64,000 nucleotides of DNA from Candidatus Omnitrophica bacterium UBA6253 (lineage in GTDB: Bacteria; Omnitrophota; Gorgyraeia; Gygaellales; Profunditerraquicolaceae): positions 1,215-65,214 of the forward strand of contig DJVP01000001.1 in the NCBI GenBank assembly GCA_002441245.1, written 5' to 3'. Under the pieces are notes generated by a model that was given only the letters and a program-made list of their open reading frames with translations, was not told the origin of the DNA and did not search any database. This document shows positions 1 through 9,922 of this stretch, in pieces (the first letter of the stretch is position 1; the number at the start of each line of letters is the position of its first letter). The translations under genes and the position numbers were made by a program.

Positions 1-7
1 GGCTAAA

Positions 8-502
8 GTGCAGAATGAAATTTCTTACGCTATTGAACATATGGGTAAATATGTGCAGCGGGCTAATGGGAATCTTACCAGGAGGGCTATACAGTATTAT
101 CCGGGTCCGTCATCCGCTGGCGCTACCGGTTTTCGTGTTTACGTAGATTTACATAACCCCCAAACTTCGTCTAATTTTGCAGATGATGGTTGGATTGATT
201 ATACCCTTTCTTCAAATACGCTTATTGCAACCTGTACTCCGAATGGAGGCAGCTGCCCGTTTACCACGCCAGAGAATCTCACATCTCCTTCTCCATACGG
301 CAAAATACTTTCTGGAGTTGTAGCTGATAATACTATGCCGCAAACTCCGAGTAATGGTTTTTACATCAGGATCACCAACCAGGGCACGGCAGTGGATGTC
401 GGTTTAGCGGGTAGATATAATCCTGCCCTTGCAGATACTCCGGAGAATCCGCAGATTTCCATGAAAACACGTCTAGTCTGTCCTAGTTCATCCGAGCAAT
501 AA
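8..502 (+). CDS. hypothetical protein, C-terminal fragment; the reading frame is open to the window edge
   Basis: There is no in-frame stop upstream of position 8, so the true start lies outside the window. The protein has a Cys pair (CTPNGGSCPF) and is rich in Thr, Ser and Pro. No family was recognised. The C-terminal disulfide loop could fit a pilin-like fold, but that is speculative. Confidence 0.3.
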   Translation: MQNEISYAIEHMGKYVQRANGNLTRRAIQYYPGPSSAGATGFRVYVDLHNPQTSSNFADDGWIDYTLSSNTLIATCTPNGGSCPFTTPENLTSPSPYGKILSGVVADNTMPQTPSNGFYIRITNQGTAVDVGLAGRYNPALADTPENPQISMKTRLVCPSSSEQ

Positions 503-548
503 TGCTAAGATATGTCGAATTAAGCCACTATAAAAAAGGCAGGCGATA

Positions 549-1271
549 ATGAATTTATTATTATTCTTAATTGTTATAGGAGTCTCGTTTATTACTGTTA
601 GGATTGGGGCTATTGCATTTCAGATAACCGGCCTTCCTTGGCCTCTGGCTAAATTTCAAGCATTGTCTTGTTTTACAGGGACAGGATTCACTACTCGCGA
701 ATCTGAATTGGTTACCAGCAACCCCCAGAGAAGGAAAATAGCCTCTGTTCTTATTATTCTGGGGCATGCCGGTTTTGTAACATTAGTTGCTACCTTTGCC
801 AATTCATTAAGAACCGATTGGGTAACTATATATAAAATTCCTTTTGTACATTCAATTATTCCGTCTTATCTGGTCCCTTGGGTAAATTTGGGGATTATTA
901 TCCTGGGTGTCTATGTAATATACAGGGTTGTTATTAATTCCAGGCTTGCCGCAAAAATAACCAGTATCCTAAAAGCACATATAATTAAAAGACAGATTAT
1001 TGAGCCGGTTTCTTTTGAAGAGCTTGTCGTAGCAACTGGCGGCTATGGTGTTTCCCGGATGGAGGTTTGTAAAAATAGCCCTGTTTTGAATAAGAATCTT
1101 GAGGAGGCTGATTTGCCTAAATTTAATATTTTAGTCCTGGCGATAGAAAGAGATGGTAAAATAACTCCTAATCCTTATCCGGATACAAAGTTTATTTTAG
1201 GGGATAGGCTTATTTGTTTTGGAAAATTTGGCGATATTCGCAAGAAGGTGTGCGGAGGACAGGTCAAATAA
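549..1271 (+). CDS. ion channel-like membrane protein with a C-terminal TrkA-C (RCK_C) domain
   Basis: The N-terminus has hydrophobic helices flanking a pore-loop-like segment, ALSCFTGTGFTT. The C-terminus matches the TrkA-C fold (ILVLAIERDGKITPNPYPDTKFILGDRLICFG). The pore motif TGTGF deviates from the K+-selective TVGYG. Confidence 0.5.
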   Translation: MNLLLFLIVIGVSFITVRIGAIAFQITGLPWPLAKFQALSCFTGTGFTTRESELVTSNPQRRKIASVLIILGHAGFVTLVATFANSLRTDWVTIYKIPFVHSIIPSYLVPWVNLGIIILGVYVIYRVVINSRLAAKITSILKAHIIKRQIIEPVSFEELVVATGGYGVSRMEVCKNSPVLNKNLEEADLPKFNILVLAIERDGKITPNPYPDTKFILGDRLICFGKFGDIRKKVCGGQVK

Positions 1272-1497
1272 TGTTTGAAAGAATCATAAAACACAAATAT
1301 TTCTTTCATATTTTGATATTTGCAGTTATTGTCGCTACAACAATTCTATTTGTCGTTTTTAGTGGGACTTCAAATTAACCCGAGATTAACAGGGGGATTT
1401 CTATTTTTTTTTGCGGCTTTAAATTCTTCAATTCATCCTTATTAAACCTTTTTAATTGTCAATTTATCCGAGTTGTGTTAAATTAATACAAATAATT

Positions 1498-1570
1498 GGG
1501 GCTGTAGCTCAGTTGGGAGAGCATCTCGTTCGCAACGAGGGGGTCGGGAGTTCGATTCTCCCCAGCTCCA
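1498..1570 (+). tRNA. tRNA-Ala (anticodon CGC)
   Basis: A hand-folded cloverleaf gives acceptor GGGGCTG/CAGCTCC with the G3:U70 alanine identity pair. The anticodon loop is TTCGCAA and the T-arm is GGGAG TTCGATT CTCCC. The 3' CCA is not encoded. Confidence 0.85.
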
Positions 1571-1597
1571 CTTAAAAAACCCTGCTGGTTTCTTAAC

Positions 1598-3055
1598 ATG
1601 AAGTCTAAAATAACCCTTATAATAATCGCACTATCATTTTTTATTTCAATTTGTTTTGCCTTATCCGTAAAACAGCCAGAATTTAACGGTAAGTTTTATC
1701 CGCTCCAAAAAGAAGAATTGTCGAAAATGATTGATGATTTTCTGGCAAAGGCCAAAACCAAAGATATATCCGGACATATCTTTATGCTTATTAGTCCGCA
1801 TGCAGGTTATGGGTATTCGGGACAGTCCGCTGCGTACGGCTATAAACTTATCAAGGACAGGTTTTATAATACCGTGATTATACTCGGGACCAGCCATCAT
1901 AAGCCTTTTAACGGAGTGGCTGTTTATGCCCAGGGATCTTTTGAGACTAGCCTTGGCCCATTAAGAATAGATGATGAATTTACTAGTAAATTGGTAGGTA
2001 AAAGTCCAGATATTTTTGCCAGCGAGAGCGCTTTTGACGGAGAACACTCGGTTGAGGTGCAGCTGCCGTTTTTACAGAAGGTGCTTACTGATTTTAAAAT
2101 CGTCCCGCTGGTTGCAGGAGATTGTTCGTTGAATGCATGCAGGAATATCGCCTCTTTGCTCAAGGCAGCGATAGGGGGACGCAAAGATGTTTTATTGGTA
2201 GTATCTTCGGATTTATACCATGGTTATGACATAAATGAGGCGGAGCAAACAGATACCTTGACATTAGAGCTGATTAAAAAGATGGATTATGAGGGCCTAT
2301 ATTATTCTTTGCGCGACGCAAAGGCTCAGGCATGTGGCGGTTTTGGAACGGTAATTGCCCTCGACATCGCAAAGGGGGCCGGTTATGATAAAGTAGAGGT
2401 GCTAAATTATACTAATTCAGCGATAGTAACAGGAAGTGCCAATGGCCAGTGGACCGTTGGTTACGCCAGTATTGCCGTTTACAATCCGGAAGGAGACCAT
2501 ATGTTGAATAGCCAGCAAAGAAAAAAGCTCCTTGAAATCGCACGTGACTCGATTAAAACCTATTTACAGACAGGAAAGAAATTGGAACTTAACGAAGTTG
2601 ACCCGGTGTTAATGCAGGAGATGGGCGCTTTTGTCACGCTCAATAAACATGGAGAATTAAGAGGTTGCATTGGGAATCTTTCTGGAACCCAGCCTCTTTA
2701 TTTGACCGTGAGGGATATGGCAGTTGAGGCGGCTATGGATGACCCCCGGTTTAGCGCGCTCTCCTTGCCGGAGTTAAAAGATGTAAGTATAGAAATTTCC
2801 GTGCTGTTTCCTTTAAAGAAGGTAGATTCTGCGGATAAAATAATAATGGGTAAACATGGAGTGCTGGTCCGTAAGGGCTATCAAAGCGGGGTTTTTCTTC
2901 CCCAGGTAGCCACGGAGACAGGTTGGAGCAAAGAGGAGTTTTTGAATAACCTTTGCGTTCAGAAAGCCGGATTAGCTCAAAATGCCTGGAAAAATAAGGA
3001 TACTGAACTCTATATATTTGAGGCCGAGGTATTTTCCGAGGGGAAGCAGGAATAA
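1598..3055 (+). CDS. fusion of a Memo-like domain (AmmeMemoRadiSam system protein B) and an AMMECR1 domain, with an N-terminal signal peptide or TM anchor
   Basis: The N-terminal half carries Memo-family motifs (ISPHAGYGYSG, ILGTSHH, DGEHSVEVQLPFLQ). The C-terminal half carries the AMMECR1 core (GAFVTLNKHGELRGCIGN). The first 23 residues form a hydrophobic h-region, MKSKITLIIIALSFFISICFALS. Confidence 0.7.
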   Translation: MKSKITLIIIALSFFISICFALSVKQPEFNGKFYPLQKEELSKMIDDFLAKAKTKDISGHIFMLISPHAGYGYSGQSAAYGYKLIKDRFYNTVIILGTSHHKPFNGVAVYAQGSFETSLGPLRIDDEFTSKLVGKSPDIFASESAFDGEHSVEVQLPFLQKVLTDFKIVPLVAGDCSLNACRNIASLLKAAIGGRKDVLLVVSSDLYHGYDINEAEQTDTLTLELIKKMDYEGLYYSLRDAKAQACGGFGTVIALDIAKGAGYDKVEVLNYTNSAIVTGSANGQWTVGYASIAVYNPEGDHMLNSQQRKKLLEIARDSIKTYLQTGKKLELNEVDPVLMQEMGAFVTLNKHGELRGCIGNLSGTQPLYLTVRDMAVEAAMDDPRFSALSLPELKDVSIEISVLFPLKKVDSADKIIMGKHGVLVRKGYQSGVFLPQVATETGWSKEEFLNNLCVQKAGLAQNAWKNKDTELYIFEAEVFSEGKQE

Positions 3056-3801
3056 TGAACCGTTTTTTCATCGATAAATTTGACACAGCCGACGCAAAAG
3101 AAAAAAGTATTATTTTAAATGATCCTGAACAGTTACATCATTTAAGGGATGTGCTTAGGATCAAGCCCCTTGAACTGGTAGAAGTTTTTGATAGCCAGGG
3201 GAATGAGTATACAGCCATGGTGGCTGAAGTTAGCCTTGTATCTGCAAGGCTGGAGGTAAAAGAGAAGAGGCCTCCTTCAAATACTGGTTTAAACCTGACA
3301 GTTGCCTGCGCAATACCTAAGAAGGTTAAAATGGATGATATTGTGGATAAGCTTACGCAATTGGGGGTTGAAAGTATAATTCCTCTTGAAACAGAGAGGG
3401 TCATTGTAAGGTTGGATAAACAAAGGAAGCTGGAGCGTTTTGAGCGCTGGAAAAAGATCGCTTTAAGCGCTGCCAAGCAAAGTCATAGAAGCAGGCTTGT
3501 GCAGATTAAACCGGTAAGCACATTAAAAGAAGTGCTTTCTGTTGCGGTTGATTTTGATTTGAGGATAATACCTACTTTAGAGGGCGAGCGTAAAACTCTT
3601 AAAGAGGCTTTAAGTCAGGCAGATAATAAGGCCAGAAAGATAATTGTTTTAATCGGCCCTGAGGGGGACTTTACTCTTAATGAGATTGAACTGGCGAAGA
3701 AATCAGGATTTCTGCCGGTTTCTCTTGGAAAAAGGGTGTTGCGAGTAGATACGGCGGCCATAGCCGTTGCCAGTTTTATTAGGTTAAATGAAGCGAATTA
3801 A
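3055..3801 (+). CDS. rsmE: 16S rRNA (uracil1498-N3)-methyltransferase RsmE
   Basis: The protein has an RsmE-like PUA N-terminus and a SPOUT C-terminus with [37 protein letters not shown]. Confidence 0.75.
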   Translation: MNRFFIDKFDTADAKEKSIILNDPEQLHHLRDVLRIKPLELVEVFDSQGNEYTAMVAEVSLVSARLEVKEKRPPSNTGLNLTVACAIPKKVKMDDIVDKLTQLGVESIIPLETERVIVRLDKQRKLERFERWKKIALSAAKQSHRSRLVQIKPVSTLKEVLSVAVDFDLRIIPTLEGERKTLKEALSQADNKARKIIVLIGPEGDFTLNEIELAKKSGFLPVSLGKRVLRVDTAAIAVASFIRLNEAN

Positions 3802-5011
3802 GTTTTTTACCCTTGGATGTAAAGCCAACCAATATGATACTCAAGGCATTAGGGAGAGATTTTTAAACAACGGTTTTATTGATGACACCAGCATCAACCA
3901 TCCGGATTATTTCCTGATAAATACCTGTACGGTCACCTCTGGAGCCGACCGGAAATCCCGTAATATTATCCGCAGGTGCATACAATTAAATCCAAAAGCT
4001 AAGATTATCGTCACTGGTTGTCTGGTGGAAAAAGACTGGAGTTCTCTGGCAGGCATAAATGGTGTTAGCCTGATTGTGCGAAAATGTTTTTTTCCTGAAG
4101 GGGTAAGCGGTTTTAACCAGCATACCCGCGCTTTCTTAAAGATCCAGGATGGTTGTGATAACTTTTGCACATACTGCAAGGTGGCCCTGGTAAGAGGGAA
4201 AAAACGCAGTAAGAGTTTTAAACAGGTTATTCAAGAAGCAAAAAAACTGGTTGCCGGGGGGTTCCAGGAGATTGTCCTGACTGGGATTTGCCTGGGGGAA
4301 TATGGTAAAGATTTCCATCCCAGGAAAGATCTGGTTGATGTTGTTGACGAGTTGGAAAAGATTGAAGGATTATCCCGTATAAGATTTAGTTCAATCGAGG
4401 CGGCTGACGTTTCTACTAGATTGATCAAGCGAATTGCCGGCAGCGAAAAACTCTGCCGTCATCTGCATATTCCTATCCAGAGCGGAGATGATAGCATTCT
4501 AAAGCGCATGAACCGTAAGTATACGGGAGAAAAATACAGGAGCCTAATCTCTAGGATCAAGCGTAGCATACCGGGAATAGCTATTACTACAGATTGCCTG
4601 GTTGGTTTCTCGGGAGAAACAGAGGCCAATTTTAAGAGTACGGTTGAGATGGTAAAAGATATCCTGCCTTTAAAGACGCATATCTTTCCTTATTCCGCCC
4701 GCCCGGGTACTAAGGCCGCAAATTTTAGCGGAGCGATTGATCCGGAAACCATTAAGGTCCGTTGTGCTAAACTTGAGAGGGTATCCAGAGAGTGCCGGTA
4801 TAGATTTATGCGGGAGTTTCTTGGCAAAGAAGGTTTAATCTTAATAGAGGGTCCGGTTAAAGGGGAGACTGGCTGCCTGGAAGGTTTAACTGATAACTAC
4901 CTTAAGGTTAAGTTGCCGTTTAGGCCCGGATTAAGGAATAAATTCTGCCGGGTGAAGTTAAGATACATTGTTGGTGATGGATTTCTTGGGGAATATATTG
5001 ACAATTTTTAG
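3788..5011 (+). CDS. mtaB: radical-SAM methylthiotransferase, MtaB-like (tRNA t6A37 methylthiotransferase family)
   Basis: A UPF0004 N-terminal domain (FFTLGCKANQYDTQ) precedes a CxxxCxxC radical-SAM motif (GCDNFCTYC) and a C-terminal TRAM-like region. The N-terminus resembles MtaB more than MiaB or RimO. Confidence 0.7.
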   Translation: MKRIKFFTLGCKANQYDTQGIRERFLNNGFIDDTSINHPDYFLINTCTVTSGADRKSRNIIRRCIQLNPKAKIIVTGCLVEKDWSSLAGINGVSLIVRKCFFPEGVSGFNQHTRAFLKIQDGCDNFCTYCKVALVRGKKRSKSFKQVIQEAKKLVAGGFQEIVLTGICLGEYGKDFHPRKDLVDVVDELEKIEGLSRIRFSSIEAADVSTRLIKRIAGSEKLCRHLHIPIQSGDDSILKRMNRKYTGEKYRSLISRIKRSIPGIAITTDCLVGFSGETEANFKSTVEMVKDILPLKTHIFPYSARPGTKAANFSGAIDPETIKVRCAKLERVSRECRYRFMREFLGKEGLILIEGPVKGETGCLEGLTDNYLKVKLPFRPGLRNKFCRVKLRYIVGDGFLGEYIDNF

Positions 5012-5034
5012 TTTAGCGCTATATTTAAAATAAT

Positions 5035-5412
5035 ATGAAAACACGTATTTATTACCACCATACTGATTGCGGAGGCGTAGTTTATTACGCTAACTACCTT
5101 AATTTCTTAGAAGAGGCGCGCACGGAATATTTTGCATTAAGAAACGCTTCTATCAAACAACTGGCTGATTCCGGGGTTATGTTTGTGGTTGCCCGTCAGG
5201 AGATAGATTATAAATTCCCAGCGGTATATGGTGATGATTTGGACATTCAGACTCAAGTAGGAATAATAACCGGGGTGCGTATTGAATTCTTGCATGAAAT
5301 CTACAATCAAAACAAACAGATTATTGTAAAAGCCAAGACTATCCTTGTTTGTGTTGATAAAAATTTAAAACCGCAAGCCATTCCTGAAGAGCTCCGCAAG
5401 AAATTAATTTAA
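5035..5412 (+). CDS. acyl-CoA thioesterase, 4HBT/YbgC family (hotdog fold)
   Basis: The motif YYHHTDCGGVVYYANYLNFLEEAR is typical of YbgC/4-hydroxybenzoyl-CoA thioesterases, and the 125 aa size fits. Confidence 0.65.
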   Translation: MKTRIYYHHTDCGGVVYYANYLNFLEEARTEYFALRNASIKQLADSGVMFVVARQEIDYKFPAVYGDDLDIQTQVGIITGVRIEFLHEIYNQNKQIIVKAKTILVCVDKNLKPQAIPEELRKKLI

Positions 5413-5436
5413 TCTTTTAAGAACATTGGAGAAAAA

Positions 5437-5937
5437 ATGGAGAATTTGGATATATTACGTATTAGGCGTAGTATAAGGACGTTTCAAAACAGGGGTATCG
5501 TAAAAGAGGATTTGGAGAAACTTCTTGATTGCGCCAGATTCGCTCCTACTGCCAGAAATGTTCAACCTTGGGAGTTTTTGGTGGTTACGGATAAACAAAA
5601 ACTAATCGAATTGGCCAAATTGGCTGACAATGGCAGATTTATGGCTCAAGCAGCTGCTTGTATCGCGGTTTTTTGCACTGACACGAAGTATTATCTTGAA
5701 GACGGCTGTGCTGCTACCTGCAATATTCTTTTAGCAGCTACAGCTTTAGGCATTGGTTCCTGTTGGGTTGCCGGGGATAAAAAACCTTACTGCCGACAGG
5801 TATGTGCTTTATTCAATGCCCCCTCGGACATGAGATTAATTAGTTTAATTGCCTTAGGCTATCCGCTAGAAAAAGATTGTTTTAATCAATCAGCTAAACG
5901 CCAGCTTAAAGAACTGTTACATTGGGAGAAGTTTTGA
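5437..5937 (+). CDS. nitroreductase-family protein
   Basis: RRSIRTFQNRGIVKEDLEKLLDCARFAPTARNVQPWEFLVV is the classic nitroreductase FMN-binding N-terminus. Confidence 0.7.
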   Translation: MENLDILRIRRSIRTFQNRGIVKEDLEKLLDCARFAPTARNVQPWEFLVVTDKQKLIELAKLADNGRFMAQAAACIAVFCTDTKYYLEDGCAATCNILLAATALGIGSCWVAGDKKPYCRQVCALFNAPSDMRLISLIALGYPLEKDCFNQSAKRQLKELLHWEKF

Positions 5938-6200
5938 TGCCGCAAATTATTTGGGGAGGGCAAACCGGTTGTTTGTTGCCGTCTCTAATTATTTTTAATC
6001 TTTTATTCGGTAGGGCAATCTTTAATTCAACCTATATTTGGTTGGGTGTTGAGGCGGCGCTTATATTTATATTCATTATTAAAATTCATGTTTTTGCGCA
6101 TAAAATTCGTCAACAACTTCGCCCAGAAGGCCGCAAACCTTATGGCAGGGTGGTTGATGTAGAGGGAAAGGTTGTCGAAGAGAAAAGTAAGTTAAAGTGA
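5937..6200 (+). CDS. small hypothetical membrane protein
   Basis: The ORF has one or two hydrophobic helices and a lysine-rich tail. Its ATG overlaps the preceding TGA as TGATG. No family was recognised. Confidence 0.3.
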   Translation: MPQIIWGGQTGCLLPSLIIFNLLFGRAIFNSTYIWLGVEAALIFIFIIKIHVFAHKIRQQLRPEGRKPYGRVVDVEGKVVEEKSKLK

Positions 6201-6313
6201 ACCTGGGTAATTTTTGTTGACAAGTATTACAGTTATGTTAGCATATTCTTTAATTTTAAAAAATTATAAAGTGGTTAAAATTAACTAATGTTTTTGAAAG
6301 GAGTAGAGTAAAA

Positions 6314-8413
6314 ATGGGTTTTGATTTATTGTTATTGGCACCGGTAGGTTCGATTTTAGCCTTGAGTTTTGCTTTTTACCTGGCTTTAAGTATTTTAAGG
6401 ATGGATGAAGGCACTGACAGGATGAAGGAAATTGCTCAGGCCGTGCGTATTGGGGCTAATGCTTATTTAAAAAGGCAGTATCTTGGTGTCTCCATGTTTT
6501 TTATCGTGGTGTTCTTTGTTCTTCTGTTCATGGCCTTGAAGAATTATTTGGTTATCTTTGTCCCCTTTGCTTTCCTGACTGGTGGATTCTTTTCGGGCTT
6601 ATCCGGTTTTATAGGCATGACTATTGCTACACAATCATCTAGCCGTACAGCTCAGGCAGCTTCAAAAAACTTAAATTCAGGCCTGCGCGTGGCTTTTTCC
6701 AGCGGGGCTGTAATGGGGCTTACTGTAGTCGGTTTAGGGTTGCTAGATTTAAGCATCTGGTATTATTTTTTAAATTGGTATTATTCTTGCCATCCGATTC
6801 CGTTAGGTACGGATAAAATCGCGGCAATTACTTCTACTATGCTTTGTTTTGGTATGGGCGCCAGTTCTATGGCGCTTTTTGCCAGGGTGGGCGGGGGTAT
6901 TTTTACTAAAGCCGCTGATGTCGGCGCAGACTTAGTTGGTAAAGTAGAGGCAGGTATCCCCGAAGATGATCCACGCAACCCTGCAGTTATTGCAGATAAT
7001 GTAGGTGATAATGTAGGTGATGTTGCGGGTATGGGGGCTGATCTTTATGAGTCTTATGTTGGTTCGATTGTTGCTACTGCCGCTTTAGGTGTTGCTGCCG
7101 GTCTTGGTGTTGCCGGAGTAACCGTGCCTATGGTTATGGCAGCAGTAGGGGTTATTGCTTCAATCATTGGGACTTTTTTTGTCAAAAGCGGAGAGCAGGC
7201 AAGTCAGAAAATCCTTCTGGCAGCTTTACGCAAAGGAGTATTTACCAGTTCGTTTATTGTTGCGGTAATTTCATTTTTTTTAATTAAGTATACTTTAGGC
7301 ATTGAACATATAGGTACTTATTGGTCAGTTTTGGCAGGTTTGATTGCCGGTGTATTAATTGGTTTATGTACCGAATATTATACCTCCAGTGGATTTAAGC
7401 CAACTCGTTCTATTGCTGATGCTTCTTTAACCGGCCCTGCAACCGTAATCATTGGAGGTATTGCTGTGGGGATGATGTCTACTGCACTGCCGGTAATTAT
7501 AGTTTGCGTTGCAATTTTAACCAGTTTCTTTGTGTCAGGAGGAGCAGTAAATTTTAATGCCGGTCTTTACGGTATTGCAATCTCTGCGGTAGGCATGCTT
7601 TCTACTTTGGGTATTACTTTAGCTACTGATGCTTATGGTCCGGTTGCGGATAATGCGGGCGGAAATGCAGAGATGTCAAAATTGCCTCCCGAGGTAAGAA
7701 AAAGGACTGATGCTTTGGATTCTTTGGGTAACACTACCGCAGCAACCGGTAAAGGCTTTGCTATTGGTTCGGCAGCCTTAACCGCGCTAGCATTAATTGC
7801 TGCATATAAAGATCAGGTTATGCTTTTTGGTAGAAATATTGATGCTAATATGATGAATCCTACGGTATTGGTGGGTTTATTTTTAGGCGGAATGCTGCCG
7901 TTTCTATTTTGCTCTATGACTATGCGTGCGGTAGGCCGGGCAGCAGGCAAGATCGTGGTTGAGGTACGCAGGCAGTTTAAGGAGATAATCGGCCTTATGG
8001 AAGGTAAAACCAAGCCAGATTATGCACGTTGTGTAAGCATTGCCACTGCCGCAGCCCAAAAAGAGATGATTGCTCCGTCTCTTTTGGCAATAGCTGCTCC
8101 TATAGTAGTAGGTTTATTAATAGGCGTTGATGCGGTTGCCGGGCTCCTTATCGGAGCAACTGTTTGTGGTTTTGTGTTGGCGGTTATGATGGCTAACTCC
8201 GGTGGCGCTTGGGATAATGCTAAGAAATTTGTTGAGGAAGGCAACCATGGCGGCAAAGGCTCAGCAGCACATAAAGCTACGGTAGTCGGTGATACTGTTG
8301 GCGATCCTTTTAAGGATACCTCCGGACCAAGCTTAAACATATTAATTAAGCTTATGTCTATGGTTTCCATTGTTTTTGCTTCATTTATCATTAAGAACTC
8401 CTTTTTAAAATAG
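6314..8413 (+). CDS. hppA: membrane-bound H+/Na+-translocating pyrophosphatase
   Basis: The 699 aa protein is multi-pass membrane and carries the diagnostic [33 protein letters not shown] and [12 protein letters not shown] motifs. Confidence 0.9.
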   Translation: MGFDLLLLAPVGSILALSFAFYLALSILRMDEGTDRMKEIAQAVRIGANAYLKRQYLGVSMFFIVVFFVLLFMALKNYLVIFVPFAFLTGGFFSGLSGFIGMTIATQSSSRTAQAASKNLNSGLRVAFSSGAVMGLTVVGLGLLDLSIWYYFLNWYYSCHPIPLGTDKIAAITSTMLCFGMGASSMALFARVGGGIFTKAADVGADLVGKVEAGIPEDDPRNPAVIADNVGDNVGDVAGMGADLYESYVGSIVATAALGVAAGLGVAGVTVPMVMAAVGVIASIIGTFFVKSGEQASQKILLAALRKGVFTSSFIVAVISFFLIKYTLGIEHIGTYWSVLAGLIAGVLIGLCTEYYTSSGFKPTRSIADASLTGPATVIIGGIAVGMMSTALPVIIVCVAILTSFFVSGGAVNFNAGLYGIAISAVGMLSTLGITLATDAYGPVADNAGGNAEMSKLPPEVRKRTDALDSLGNTTAATGKGFAIGSAALTALALIAAYKDQVMLFGRNIDANMMNPTVLVGLFLGGMLPFLFCSMTMRAVGRAAGKIVVEVRRQFKEIIGLMEGKTKPDYARCVSIATAAAQKEMIAPSLLAIAAPIVVGLLIGVDAVAGLLIGATVCGFVLAVMMANSGGAWDNAKKFVEEGNHGGKGSAAHKATVVGDTVGDPFKDTSGPSLNILIKLMSMVSIVFASFIIKNSFLK

Positions 8414-8530
8414 GCTTAAGTAAGGATCAGGGGCGTTTATATTTTTTCAGGTTAATTACGGAAAAATAGAAACGCCCTGTTATTTTATCAACCTTAAGGG
8501 TGTCTCCTTAGTGAGGCGGGGCCATCCGTA

Positions 8531-8557
8531 TTTCTTTGTTTGACAAAGTTTTTTTAG
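8531..8557 (+). promoter_or_regulatory. sigma-70-type promoter upstream of the ECF sigma gene; the mRNA may be nearly leaderless
   Basis: TTGACA at 8531-8536 is followed by a 15-nt spacer and TATAAT at 8552-8557. The ATG at 8574 lies about 8 to 10 nt from the predicted start site, and there is no Shine-Dalgarno sequence. Confidence 0.4.
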
Positions 8558-8573
8558 TGATATAATTATAGCT

Positions 8574-9185
8574 ATGGACGACTTGAAGTTTGTCCAAGCT
8601 TGCGTCAAAGGGGACAAACAATCCTGGAATGAATTCCTTTCTCGTTATTCCCGCCTGATTTATAACTATATCTATAGCGTTTTGGCCGTAAAAGGTTACA
8701 ATCTTGCAGTAGAACAAATTGAAGATATCTTTCAGGAAATATTTTATTCTTTAATTAAGGATAATTATAAGAAATTAGCTACCTATCAGGGGAGAAATGG
8801 TTGTTCTTTAGCCAGTTGGCTCAGGCAGGTTACGATCAACTTTACTATTGATTATTTGCGTAAACTCAAGCCAATGGTTTCAATTGATGTTGAGGTTGAG
8901 CCGGGATTTAGCCTGAAGGATATACTTAAGGACCTCTCGGCAGATGCGGTTGAGTTCTTAAGCGATCAGGACAGGCGTAAAACCCTTCAGGAATGCGTTG
9001 ATTTACTTGATTCAGGCGAGCAGTATTTTATGGAGCTATTTTTAAATCAGGGGTTAAGCCTGGAGCAGATTAGGGAATATCTTAAGATTAACCGTGGAGC
9101 AGTAGATATGCGAAAGGGAAGAATATTTCAGAAATTACAGGATTGTTTTAAAAAGAAAGGTTTTAAGTTAGATTTTCTGAAATGA
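8574..9185 (+). CDS. ECF-type RNA polymerase sigma factor (sigma-70 regions 2 and 4)
   Basis: A region-2-like segment (FLSRYSRLIYNYIYSVL...IEDIFQEIF) and a C-terminal region-4 helix-turn-helix (LSLEQIREYLKINRGAVDMRKGRIFQKL) are present, and the 203 aa size fits. Confidence 0.7.
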   Translation: MDDLKFVQACVKGDKQSWNEFLSRYSRLIYNYIYSVLAVKGYNLAVEQIEDIFQEIFYSLIKDNYKKLATYQGRNGCSLASWLRQVTINFTIDYLRKLKPMVSIDVEVEPGFSLKDILKDLSADAVEFLSDQDRRKTLQECVDLLDSGEQYFMELFLNQGLSLEQIREYLKINRGAVDMRKGRIFQKLQDCFKKKGFKLDFLK

Positions 9186-9212
9186 TACGTCTATTGGTAT
9201 AGGAGAGGGTAT

Positions 9213-9917
9213 ATGCTTAGCCATTTTGAGTGGGTAGCCAGGGTTATTTACCGGGAATGGAAAGGTTCCAGCCAGTCTATTGATCGAGGTCATCCAAGCG
9301 AGGAAATCCTGGTTTGTTTTCTTGAGGATAAGCTTGCTCAGCCAGAAAAGGATTCAATCCGTGGACATCTGCTTAAATGTGATATATGCGCGGAGTATTT
9401 AAGTACTCAGCTTAAGATAGAGCCGCATTTAAGCAAAGATATCCCCGTTCCTTTGCTAGAGAAAATCAGGAAGGTTATCGGCAATAATATCAAGGATAAT
9501 ATATTTAAAATATTTCTCAAACTTAAAGAAAAATCTTTTGAAATTATTGAAACAAGCGGGGATGTGCTTGTAGGCCAGGAGTTAATCCCTGCGCCGGTTT
9601 TACGTAGCCGGCAGATAAATGAGTTTAAAGAAGAACTGAGTATCCTAAAAGATTTGCAAGAGGTCAGAGTTTTGGCCAGGGTTGAAAGTAAGAACAGCAA
9701 AGTTTTTAACCTCTTTATTACTATTAAGGATAAGCAGGGCAAGGGAATTAATAAAGATTTACGGATTACACTTATAAGGGATGGAGTTGAATTAGAGTCT
9801 TATATTTCAGATGCGGAAAATAGCGTTTTTGAAAACATTTCGCCTGGTAATTATAGTGTTGAAGTTACAGATAAATCGGGTTTACTCGCGGTAATTGACC
9901 TTAAAGTCAGGTCCTAG
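9213..9917 (+). CDS. putative zinc-binding anti-sigma factor (ZAS-like HxxxCxxC) with a C-terminal beta-rich domain
   Basis: The motif HLLKCDICAEY is H-x3-C-x2-C. The gene sits immediately downstream of the ECF sigma gene. No TM helix is evident. The C-terminus (NISPGNYSVEVTDKSGLLAVIDLKV) looks like a carboxypeptidase-regulatory/Ig-like beta-sandwich. Confidence 0.45.
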   Translation: MLSHFEWVARVIYREWKGSSQSIDRGHPSEEILVCFLEDKLAQPEKDSIRGHLLKCDICAEYLSTQLKIEPHLSKDIPVPLLEKIRKVIGNNIKDNIFKIFLKLKEKSFEIIETSGDVLVGQELIPAPVLRSRQINEFKEELSILKDLQEVRVLARVESKNSKVFNLFITIKDKQGKGINKDLRITLIRDGVELESYISDAENSVFENISPGNYSVEVTDKSGLLAVIDLKVRS

Positions 9918-9922
9918 CCTTT

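Noticed and set aside
3788-5011. Considered whether this radical-SAM gene is the missing AmmeMemoRadiSam activase partner of the Memo-AMMECR1 fusion two genes upstream
   Set aside because: It has the UPF0004 N-domain and TRAM-like C-terminus of MiaB/MtaB/RimO methylthiotransferases. That makes it an MTTase, not the PFL-activase-like AmmeMemoSam_rS type.
6224-6260. A possible sigma-70 promoter upstream of hppA (TTGACA ... TAGCAT)
   Set aside because: The -10 element is poor and spacing is ambiguous, so it is not reported as a feature.
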